A stretch of DNA of 64,000 nucleotides from Eledone cirrhosa (Eukaryota), in NCBI GenBank assembly GCA_964016885.1, contig OZ024764.1, positions 21,328,001-21,392,000 of the forward strand, read 5' to 3'. A program made the translations under genes and the position numbers. How positions within the stretch are numbered: the first letter of the stretch is position 1; each line of letters opens with the position of its first letter. Below the pieces are notes generated by a model that ran no database searches, was not told where the DNA came from, and saw nothing but the letters and a program-made list of their open reading frames with translations. This document shows, piece by piece, positions 51,410-64,000 of the stretch.

Positions 51410-53670
51410 CATTCTCTCTCAACTCATCTATGCTTGGTCGTTGATGCACATTGACATTGCACATCCAACGGAGCATACTTGCTTCATTTTTCTCCAGCCA
51501 TCGCATATCCTCCACAGTTGCTGTCCATGTCTCACTACCGTGCAGCATCACACATCTCACGCAGGCATCACCAGCCATTCGTTCTTAGGGAGAAACGCTT
51601 CTTTGTCAACAGAGGAAGCAGCTCCCTAAACGTCTTCCAACCTGTCCTTATTCTAGATACTATGGTCTCACAGCACCCTCCCCCCATGCTAATCTGATCA
51701 CCTAGGTATCAGAAGCTATCAACCACCTCTGTAGAGCCTACCTGCATTTGAAAAATGTGTCTATCACTGCGACTTCTACTGTCAAATTTCCCTGTACATC
51801 TACTGCATATGTAGTTTTCCCTACCTGTTAGTTTGCCTGCTATCCCACTACATTTCTTGTGTACCCAAAATCTGCATTGTGTACATTATAGAATTTATGC
51901 CAGTTCCTTTTCTACATATCGAACAAGGCCATTTCCCTGATGGAATGACAGTTTTGTCCTCTTTTCTACTCATCAACACTTTTGACTTAGCTAGGTTCAC
52001 TCTCAGTCCTCTTGATTCCAACTGCTGTTGCAATAGCCAGAATTTATTCTCTAGCTCCTCTACTGATTCTGCTATAAGAACCAGATCGTCAGCATAGAGA
52101 AGTTCCCATGGGCAGCCAGTCTTAAACTCTTCTGTTATGACTTGGAGGACTATAATGAACAAGAGCGTGCTGAGGACCGAAACCTGATGTACTCCTACTT
52201 GTATTCTGGAATTCCTCACTAAACTCCATGCCTACCCTCACTTTACTGACAGTACCTCTGTACATAGCTTGCACTGTCCTCACAAGCCATTCCTCTACAC
52301 CTAGTTTCCTTAGGGACTACCAGATGACAGATTGGGGTACTCTATCAAAGGCCTTCTCTAGGTCAACAAAAACTAAGTATAGTGGTTTTCTTCTCTAAGA
52401 ACCTCTCTTGTAGTTGTCTCACTAAGAAGAGGGCATCTGTTTGACCCTTTCTCTAAGTTGCGCTAGTATTCTTTCTGTCACTTTCATAACCTGATCCATC
52501 AGTTTTATACCCCTATAATTACTCCTCTCCAGAACATCCCCTTTACCTTTACCTCAATTTATGAGAATACTGCTGCACCAGTCTTTGGGTATGACACCAC
52601 CATATATAGCTTGATTAATGATGCATGCAACCAGTTTAATTCCTACATCCCCTGATGCCTTCAGCATCTCAGCAACTATCCCCAACAGTCCAGCGGACCT
52701 ACCATTTTTCATTTCCTTAATTGCCTCTTGGACCCTATAGTCGTCAATCTCAATAGCTGGTCCCTCTGTCGGGTCTACTGAGGGTAGTTTCTCTCCCTTT
52801 CATTCTCCACATTCATCAGTCTCATAATGACATTTCCAGGCCTCCTTTTTTTTGAGAATCAGTGACACTAAGTGCACCAACATCCTGATTTACACTGACA
52901 CACTGCCTTGCAATGCGGAACACTGCACATCTCTGATCTCCGCATCGCAGGACATTGGCAAACCTTCTCCTCTCAGCCTCCCTGCATGTTAAGTAGACCT
53001 GACATCTAGCTTCTCTCTTAGTGGCTGTGTATCGGTCTCTACCCCTACCATTTTTCCAAGCCTTTTGTCTCTAATGGCTCTATCTACCATGCTGTTCCAC
53101 CACCAGGTCACCCTCTGTCTGGTTGGAGCTCTGCTCCAGCCACAAGTTTCTTCAGTAACCTGAAGTAAGTTGTAACGTAAGAAATTCCAGTTATCATCCA
53201 TGTCATAGGACTCTAAATCGTCTTCTTTTTCGTCATACACATCTTGAAGGGCTTTCCAAAATTTATATTTTAGTGAAAGGTCTTTTAGTTTCCAGACCTT
53301 CCTTTTTCACACTTTCTTGTATGTCTCACTTTGTCTCTTGCTTACTGAGATGTCACTAACGACTAACCTATGTTGGTGGGTTACATTGTTCCCTGGGGTA
53401 TGCCTTAGTATTTGACACCATCTGTCTCTCTTGCTGCCTAACTAGGAAGAAGTCAATCTGTCTCATGTGCTAACCTGATTGGTAGGTTGTTAGGTGGTTG
53501 GTAGGTTTCTTGAAGTGTTGCAAATGGTTAGTTCACTTGCATCACAAAATGCAAGAAGCCTCACTCCTTCTTCATTTCTTGAGCCATAACCATGACCACC
53601 ATGTACCCCAGTATATCCATCCTGGAACTGTCCAACATGACCATTCAAGTCCCCTGCTATTATAACTAGG
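51410..53670 (-). mobile_element. Degenerate RTE LINE (same family as 6290-9476)
   Basis: ORF 51848-52219 VGVHQ..WELLYADDLVLIAES..WPCSICRKG; ORF 52989-53240. Confidence 0.92.
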
Positions 53671-54229
53671 TCTCTGTCATTGTGGTTATCTCTACTTATT
53701 CCTTTTCTACATATGGAGCAGGGCCACTTTCCCTAAGGGGTCAGGGTCTTCTCTCCTATCCATTACCACTTTAGTTTTGGCTAAGTATATTCTCAGAACT
53801 TACCATTTCAAATTCTATATCTATAGTTGGTCATCTACATAGAGAAGTTTCCATAGACAGCCAGTCTTAAACCTCTCTGTTATGGCTTGGAGAACTATGA
53901 TGAACAACAGTGGGCTAAGAACTAAACCATGATGAACTCCTACCTGTACCTTCAATTCCTCACTAAACACACTTTACTGACAGCTTCTCACAAGCCATTC
54001 TTCTACACCTAATTTCTTTAACCCTTTAGTATATAAACTGGCCATATCTGGCCAGAATTCTCCCACATCTTTCTGTTCAAACTGGCCGTAACTGGTCACT
54101 TATACTTATGTTACGGTATTGTTCTCAAATTAAGTAACATCAATATCTCATAGATTTGATATTATGAGAGATAAAGCATTTACTGTGAAAATATAATAGT
54201 AAATATAGAGTAATGTGAATACTAAAGGG

Positions 54230-54838
54230 TTAATCTGATGTCACTAATAACTACTTTTATCTGTCAGTTTATTCTAATGTCACTAATAACTACTTTTATC
54301 AGTCAGTATAATCTAATGCCACTAATAACTACTTTTATCAGTCAGTATAATCTAATGTCACTAATAACTACTTTTATCAGTCAGTATAATCTAAAGTCAC
54401 TAATAACTACTTTTATCTGTCAGTTTAATCTAATGTCACTAATAACTACTTTTATCAGTCAGTATAATCTAATGTCACTAATAACTACTTTTATCAGTCA
54501 GTATAATCTAATGCCACTAATAACTACTTTTATCAGTCAGTATAATCTAATGTCACTAATAACTACTTTTATCAGTCAGTTTAATCTAATGTCACTAATA
54601 ACTACTTTTATCAGTCAGTATAATCTAATGTCACTAATAACTACTTTTATCAGTCAATTTAATCTAATGTCACTAATAACTACTTTTATCAGTCAGTATA
54701 ATCTAATGCCACTAATAACTACTTTTATCAGTCAGTTTAATCTAATGTCACTAACAACTACTTTTATCAGTCAGTTTAATCTAATGTCACTAATAACTAC
54801 TTTTATCAGTCAGTATAATCTACTGCCACTAATAACTA
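54230..54838. repeat. 39-bp VNTR, unit D (about 16 copies)
   Basis: Same unit and flanks. Confidence 0.95.
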
Positions 54839-55784
54839 ACCTATGTTAGTCAGCACATTCTTCACAAAAGAAGGCCTTAGTATTTATTACAGTCCATTTA
54901 TCAATATAGAAATATTATATGAAATTTGTACTGATGTATTACAAGTTTCTGAGTATCTTATAATGTTCTTTTATTATTTCAGAATACCAGAGGACATTGG
55001 CATTAAAGAGCACGTTACATCAGACATATCCTCAATATTAACCATTTCTAATGAAAGAAACTACCCATCATTTTCAAATAATTTTGAAAACACTCAACAC
55101 TTTGAAGGGATTTAGTAATATAACTAAATTTATCAGTATTAAGCTGCTATTTGGAACATAACTTTGCACAATTTCATGAAGTTACAATGGAAAGTTTTTA
55201 GATAAATATAAAGACTGATATGAAAAGGATAAAACACTTTTATATCAGTTGTTTCATCAACACCATTATTTAAAGACGAAAGGAAGCTGTTATACAGAAC
55301 AGATACAACCTTGTTTATATAAATCTATGGGAGAAATACTGGAAAATATTTCTTGTAAACTCAATAACACTTCTATTCTTTGCTGTCTGGAATATGTAGA
55401 AGATACAAAATAAGGCTGAAGAAATTCACAAATGATTTTGTAAGATCTTCATATATTGACAAAGTTGATAGTTGATGGAACTACAGGAGTAGAAATATTT
55501 CCATTATTACAGGAATAACTAATCAAATAAAAACCAGAAAAATTAGATTCTTCACTGTCTGGAATATGTACAAGATGATTTTATATGTATATTAAACTTG
55601 AAGAGATCTACAAAACAGTTTGTATCATCTTTAAATATAAAGAAAGACCAAAGTTGATAGAAATATATCTGGAGGAATATATTTTAGGAATAATATTATA
55701 AACATAAAGAAGAAAAATATCCATATATATTAAGAGGAGAAAAATATTAAAACTGTGAATTATGTGAGAAACTGAGGTCATTGA

Positions 55785-56750
<966 letters not shown>

Positions 56751-57377
56751 CTGTATCAATATCAAACTCATTACATAATACTACAACAACAACAATTGTG
56801 TAGATCCATCATCCTTGCTAAAACTGGGGTCAACCTTGTAGGTTTTACCTAGGACAGGGATCATAAAACCAGGTTTCCATTTTTGAAGCAGTGTTTGAAG
56901 ATTTGGTGTAAATTAAAGTTTTTCACATTAAACTTTGATTTATTATACTTTAACAGGTAAGATATATATTTGTATTTTTAGTAAAGGTTGGGAACTTCTG
57001 TAATTTAAACCTGCCAATAAAATGAAAACTTTTGTTGTTGCTAGTCAGACATTGATATTAATTCTATTGTCCTGTACATTGTCTCAAATATCACAGATTA
57101 AACAGATTTTAACAATAACAACAGAAATCAATAACTTGTAAGCCTAATATCTAGCTTCCATTTTAACTATTTGATATTGTTGTTCCCCTCCTGCCTCTTC
57201 AGGTCTTTTAGATTTCAACTTCTATCTACTGTACTATTCCATCACCAAGGCAACATTCATCTGGCTGGCAGCTTACATCAGCTACAGATCTCATCAGTGG
57301 TTCACAACAGGCTGTCTGAAAGAAACTTGCAGATATCTTCTATGTCAGAACTATCAATATCCTCCTCCTTATCATAT

Positions 57378-57818
57378 GTACCACTCTCACAGTCCCTCTA
57401 GATCTTATATTTAAGAGGGAGATCTTTTACTGTCCCTTCTCTTTTCTCTAGATAGTTTTGTACCACTCTCACAGTCCCTATATATATCTTATATTTAACA
57501 GGGAGATCTTTTACTATCCCTACCCTTTTCTCTAGATTGTCTTGTATCTCTTTCACAGTCCCTCTAGATCTTATATTTAACAGGGAGATCTTTTACTAGC
57601 CCTACCCTTTTCTCTAGGTTTTCTTGTACCTCTCTCACAGTCCCTCTAGATCTTATATTTAACAGGGAGATCTTTTCCTCTCCAACCCTTTTCTTTAGGT
57701 CGTCTTGTACCTCCCTCACAATCCCTGTAGATCTTATATTTAACAGGGAGATCTTTTACTCTCCAACCCTTCTATCTCCAGATAGTCTTGTATCTGTCAG
57801 TCCCTCTAGATCTTACAC
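57378..57818. repeat. 82-bp minisatellite (about 5 copies)
   Basis: Same unit. Confidence 0.9.
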
Positions 57819-58105
57819 CTAGTATCTAGTCTATGTTGAGTGGTACGTCCTTCTCCAGTAAAGGAGTTAATATTCCCAACCATCTGTCTATCCTGTTTTC
57901 TGATGTGAATGAAGTCAATCTAGTTTATCTCTTCACCTGATTGAAGTAACTAGATCAAGTAACTAGATGGTTTCCTGTAAGTTAGTGTTGCAGTGTTTGT
58001 GTCACCATGTAAGGTTTATATCTATTAATATAGAGATGTAGTAAAGTTTTCACTGTTGTATCTCTATTTTCTAAATATCTTAATAATGTTTCTCTACTAT
58101 TTCAG

Positions 58106-58450
58106 AATATCACATGACCTTGACAGATAAATAACAACATATTCCTTTTTCACTGTCTGGAATATTTACAAGATGATTTTACATTCTGATTAAACTTTGG
58201 ATATTTACAAAGGAGTTTTCAAAATATTTGGATATTGACAAAGATCACATTTGGTAAAATTATGAACAATAGAAATATTTACATCAACATAGGAATATTT
58301 TCCAGAAGAGATGGGAAAATCATTATACCACTGTAATATTTGTGGTAAAGTATTCTCTCTTCTTTATATGTAGAACATCTAACTAAACACTTTAATTAAC
58401 AAACTATTGTGCTATAGAATTGACAAACTTGAGGAATGTTTAATAAATGT
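58106..58450 (+). pseudogene. Relic ZNF exon, unit D (internal deletion of about 100 bp)
   Basis: ATG 58311 MGKSLYHCNICGKVFS. Confidence 0.65.
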
Positions 58451-58501
58451 TACAGATTTCTCCAAACTGTCATTTACTAACTTTAATTTGAAGCTATATT
58501 A

Positions 58502-58865
58502 TCTATATACTACTAAAACTCTGTGATTGTGTCTTGTCTGTAATTTAATACAGCTAAAACAGTGCATAATGGGGAAATACTCTGAAAGGAATAAAACAAT
58601 TTTGTATAAAATGGAGCACAGGTTCCCAAGATACGGGGTTTTCTGGGTACCTTCATAAATATAGGGAGAGAAAGAGATAGTGGTTGTGAGAGTGAGGAGA
58701 CAGATGGAAGAGAGAGAGAGAGCTGCTGGTGTTGTTTAATAAAATGTGTCTATATATATATATATGTCTGTATATTTTAACTATTTGAAAATTATTTTAA
58801 AGTGAACATGATTTTAAAATAATAGTTTTAAGGGAACGTGACCCAACAGGTCCCGGGTGGTCTAG
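58502..58865 (+). mobile_element. Non-autonomous Helitron
   Basis: TC...CTAG termini. Confidence 0.7.
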
Positions 58866-59459
58866 TTTGTTACTAAATACTAGATATTACATGGTCATGT
58901 TCTAGATGGGCTGGAAGAGCCATTCCATCTCGTGAGGCTCACACCAGCAGCTAGCCACCTCAGCACCTATGGTGGTATATTTATTATATTATTTATTCTT
59001 TATCATTAACATTAATATAAAAGATAATTATATATTTTTAGAGAAGAACCTCTAATTTTATATAGCTTAGGGCTTCAGTAGGTAAAAGTCTGCCCCTGCT
59101 TGTCTTGTATTTTTTAGGGGAGAAGTTAGGGAATACTGTTATTGTGTGAAAGTTTTCTAAATCTTCTTCAGCCACTAACATGGAGAAGATATTTCAGTAA
59201 GAAGGTTCACATCCTGACATCTATAGCTGTTAACAATGAGATTGGAATTCATTATTAAACAAATGTTATATCATCATCACTGTTTAACATCAGTTTTTTC
59301 ACACTGGCATGGGTTAGACGAGTTATCCTGTTGTAAGCATTGCCAGGTCAGGTGATCACGTGTTGCTTCTACAGAACAAATTTTGGATTGGTTTCTACAG
59401 CTGGATGCACCAACCATAATTACATTGAGTACTGGGTGCATTTTACCATCTCACCATCA

Positions 59460-59910
59460 CGACCACTTTACAGTGTGGGCTGGGTGCTTTTTGTTGTGAC
59501 AGCTACATAACCACTTTAAAGTGTGCATTGGGTGCTTTTTGTTGTGACACCTACATGACCATTTTAAAGTTTTGGCTGGGTACTTTTTGTTGTCACCTAC
59601 ATGACCACTTTACAGTTTGGGCTGGGTACTTTTTGTTGTGACACCAACATGACCATTTTAAAGTTTTGGCTGGGTACTTTTTGTTGTCACCTACATGACC
59701 ACTTTACAGTTTGGGCTGGGTACTTTTTGTCATATCACCTCCATGACCAGCTTATAGTGTTTGCTGTGTGTTCTTTACAGTGTGGGCTAGTTTCTTTTTT
59801 GTCATATCACCTACATGACCACCTTATAATGTAGACTGTGTGTTCTTTACAGTGTGGGTTGGGTGCTTTTTGTCATATCTCCTACCCAACCACTTTGCAG
59901 TGTGGGCAGT
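59460..59910. repeat. About 48-bp minisatellite (about 9 copies)
   Basis: Same unit as 28940-29270. Confidence 0.85.
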
Positions 59911-60703
59911 GAAATATCAGTAATGCACCAGCTCCAATATTCAGTAATCAGAAGAAGGGAGGTAGGCATAAAAGCCAAACTTGCTGTCTTCAATTAGGTT
60001 TTTGTGCCAACCCTTACCTATGGTCACATATCTTGGGTAATGACCAAAATAATATGATTGGGAATACAAATGGCAGATATGGGATTCCTCTGAAGGGTCT
60101 TTGAAGGAACACTCCAGGTGGAGCTGTTACTTCTCCTATTTGAGAGATCACAGCTGCAATACTATGGCCATGTGGTTAGAATGTCTGAGGAAAGAATCAC
60201 TGGATAGATTTTACAGGCTAAACTAACTGGCAGGAGACCCAGGGGTAGACCTGAGCAAGATGGTCACATAACATCCATGAGCTTGGCTGGTCTCTCTGGG
60301 AGATCCAGCCACATAAGTTGGAGTGGGTTGCTTCTGACAGGACCTGTTGAAGGGAGTGTTTGAGGACTCTGCCCCCAAGACCCTTTCTGGAATAAGTGGG
60401 TTGATAAGAAGAGGTTGAGGTTACATATTCAACATCAGATTTCCCTGCTAACAAGGGTTTAATGAGTCTACATCAACCAAGTAAGTACTGAAGTGAGGCT
60501 ACTGATCTCCCAGACAGACCAAGGATCTGAGACTTATTTACATAAGGTCTCATTTGCTACTGAGTGCACAGAAAAGGTTGTCATGTCTTTGTCATGATTG
60601 AAGGGTTCTCCGACACTATCGTCAGGCCTGCTTTCTATGGCTAGATGTCCTTCACATGACCAACCACATTACAGCCTGTGTTGGGTGTGTTTATGATGTA
60701 GGT

Positions 60704-62751
60704 GAGGCATAACAAACTGAGGATTCCCCAAGGGCCACATAGGTCACATGTGTTGTCTGAGGGTTGCACACTGCAACTAATTATGTACACAACAACTAAT
60801 TAATGTCATTTCATAAAATTTAATACAGAAAGATTTGTTACTTAAATTTAGAAACATACAACGTACATACAAATGTTTTAGCAGCATTCATGAATACAAA
60901 GTAATGAAGTAGATTGACAAAAAAATAAAATTTAACATGTCAACATATACTTGCAGATTGTAACAGCAACAAATACATTGTACACAAATAACAACAGTTG
61001 AAAACTGAACATTTATTTGCTACTATTCAACCATTTTTAGTGTTTTGTGCTGAGGCTTGACACTTCTTTCTGTTGACAATGTTTGGTATGTCTGGCTGAA
61101 ATGTCTGTACAGTTCCAACTTTAATCAGAAATGACAAGTGTTGATCTGTCAGCCTTGTTCTCTGAGAAGTTTTTGTTATGCTAAGTACTGACTCAGTATG
61201 GGCCGTGATTTTCAGCTCTTTGCACATAAGAAAATGAATTAAATTTTCATCTGACAACGGAGACTTCCATTAGCTAAGTTTTCTAATGAAGAACTTGATG
61301 TCATCATACAACTGAGTGATGGGTTTGTTTTTACCTTGTAATTTCAAATTAAGATCAGTTAATTGTGCAGTAATATCCACAACAAACCAGATGTTGGAGC
61401 CAACTTTCATCTTTTATTTCATCTGTGTTTTAACCTTTTCTCTCCAAAAACGTAATTATTTGTTGTCTCAACAAATAGAATCTTTTCAGCACTTTGTGAC
61501 ATGTCAACCAGCAGACTTCTGTGTAGAATGGAACATCAGCGAACTGATTATCCATATCTTCCAACAACTGGCTGAACTGACGGTGGTTGAGAGCACGGCC
61601 TCTGATTTAGTTCACTGTCTTTGTGACCAAGCTAAGCACATGATGCAATTTTAAAATCTTTGAACATAAATTTTGTTGATGAATAATAGTGAAAATGTGC
61701 AAATGATGAATCTAGATATGAGTTTTCTATTTTTGTTTGTAACTTGGCAGCAACACCATTATGTCTACCAACCATATTTGCAGCACTGTCAGTAGATAAA
61801 CATGCAAGTTTACTCAGATCAAAACCATGCAGACCCTGCTTGACCTTCTCAAAGATGTCCTGGCTTGTTATAGTGTCATGCTTGAGGACCAGTTCAATCA
61901 GTTCTTCATAAATATTAAATTCACTGTCACAGGCCCTGATGAAGAATGCAAGCTGTACTATTCCAGTGATGTCAAGTCTCTTCAATAGCAATAGAAACAT
62001 GTTCAAACCTTGATGATACAGCCTTTAACTGTTGTTTCAGATCACCTGACATTTCATTAATCTGTTCAGCAACAGTGTTCCTGGTTAATGAAATGTCTTT
62101 GAATAACTCTGCTTTCTCTGGACAATTTCAGCTGTTTTTACAAGACATTGCTTTACAAAATCTCCTTCACTGTAAGATTTCCCACTCATGGCAATCATTT
62201 GACTGAGTTCATAGCTTGCAGTAACAGAAGTCACATCCTCTTCCTGAATTAACATAAAACAGGTCTGTTGCTGTGTCAAGTTAGACTTCAATTCCTTGAG
62301 TCTTGAAACACACATTGGGCCTTCATATTTATCGTAAGATCGTGGGTTTGTTTCATAATGTCTTTTTAAATTGTACTCTTTTGGTGTGGACATGTAGTTG
62401 TTGCAAATTAAACAGTGTATCTTTCTGTTCAGCGTTGAGCAAAAATACTGTAATTCCCACTTTTCTTGAAACACTTGCCCTTCTTCGTTCAATTTCCTTT
62501 TTCTCTTAGCTGGAGGAGCACTAACCATTTCAAAAACAAAATCTTTTGAAATTTTGAAAGAAAGTTTTCTGTTAATGAGCTGCACGTGATTAATGGAAGT
62601 TAAAAGTAGTTGACAAAAATTGCACCAAAAAAACAATTGTATCGAAAATGTTCTAAATTTTATATTACGAAAATGAAACATGCTCGCACTGTAAAAACCT
62701 TTGTGTGGGCCGCAGGTTTGCTTGCCAAGGGCCGCATGTTTGACATGTCTG
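60704..62751 (-). mobile_element. hAT transposon, defective
   Basis: Perfect 8-bp TSD ATGTAGGT on both sides; ORFs 62085-62789, 61632-62006, 61027-61257. Confidence 0.9.
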
Positions 62752-63905
62752 ATGTAGGTTACCAACACTAGGGAGGGCAGCATGTCCATCAGTGTCTTCT
62801 GCTACATTAACTACCAGGAGATCACCACATGAGTCAAAGACTACATTTCAAAAAGGGTCATAAAAGAACTAAATACGAAAGTCCTCACAGCAAAAAGCAA
62901 ATAATTGAGCTTTGGGTCTAGGTCAAGGGGCAGAAGTGCTGCGCCCTGTGGATAAGACTGCAAAAGTATTCGCCCCGGACGATGGACAGTTACACCCACT
63001 GCAACAGCCACCCCAACCTCATGGGGCACCCTCTTCAGAAGGGCCACCAACGTACTGATCTTACAGATGAGCTTGGCAGTATGGGGTCCAAGTACTTCTG
63101 AGGTCTCGATGGTGACCAGTGTGAAGAGACCTACGAATGATTTCATCCCAGTTATGTTGGACTGTAATATACTGGGGTATAGAGAGGCCTTAACCTGTCA
63201 CAGCCGGGCCACTCAGGGTTGTGTCATCTAGGTACCAGACAGGGGTAACTAGACCATGTTGTCAACTGTCACCACCAATAGGAGTGGGGCGAGTGGGTCC
63301 CCTTGCTAGACACCATATATAAAAACGTATTTGCTAATTACTTTAATGAATAATTTGTTTCATACGTAATTATTACTTTTAACACAATAGGATTTTGTAC
63401 ACGTGTTTGTTTGAAAACATCTTTCAAAGAAGTATGAGACAGTCTTTTGTAGTCTTCTGGAGTTGCGACAGATAGATAGTATTAGCTATTGGAAAGACCA
63501 ATGGAAACATTGTTTCCTCGGTCCGATTTGACGGAAAGTCGATCGTAAAAAAAATACATATATTTATATATATATAGAGAGGGAGAGAAACACACAAACG
63601 TACACTACGGTAAAACATATGTAAGGGGAGACAACTCTAGTTGCATTCACCCTTCTTTTTGATATCCGTTCTTTATGTGTTTTGTACAATGGACTCTGCT
63701 TTATTTTGTGTCCTAAGTAGATTTCTGTTTAAGTATTTACGAGATTCACAATGATTCACGTAACCAAGTTACTTACATAGAGATATATTTCACCTAGAAT
63801 CACAACAAATGAAAATATTAAGTCAACACTCTGTCAATCAGTCTCACATCACATGGGGTGCCGGAGTCTCCCTCTAATACTTTCTGAGGCAGTCTTACCT
63901 CGAGT

Positions 63906-64000
63906 GAGATCTTTTACTGTCCCTATCCTTTTCTCTAGGTTGTCTTGTACCTCTCACAGTCCCTCTAGATGTTATGTTAAACAGGGAGATCTTTTACTCT
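63906..64000. repeat. 82-bp minisatellite starting at a deletion junction
   Basis: GAGATCTTTTACTGTCCCTATCCTTTTCTCTAGGTTGTC directly follows TACCTCGAGT. Confidence 0.85.

Overview
Eukaryotic, AT-rich, repeat-dense DNA, most consistent with a coleoid cephalopod (octopus-like) C2H2 zinc-finger gene cluster. That assignment is an inference from effector-less [16 protein letters not shown] arrays plus RTE/CORE-SINE content. The window is a head-to-tail array of four duplicated units (ZNF starts at 2336, 24535, 38113, 55803; called A-D), plus the start of a fifth unit whose gene appears deleted. The repeated unit is: putative promoter (GCATGCGCAG/ACTTCCTG/CACGTG) and non-coding exon 1; TE-filled intron 1 ending in a 39-bp VNTR of very variable length; one coding exon of 7, 18, 15 or 11 tandem fingers; a conserved AG|GTAAGA site and AATAAA; an 82-bp minisatellite; a relic paralogous ZNF exon; a Helitron; a 48-bp minisatellite; a hAT transposon; a SINE. 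Not every unit has every part. Copy B is an open 18-finger frame blocked only by TAG at codon 2. Unit-specific insertions (RTE, Tigger, CRE-like, SINEs, foldback MITEs), microhomology deletions and mosaic variant sharing indicate ongoing birth, death and shuffling. Exon structures and regulatory roles are inferred from motifs only.
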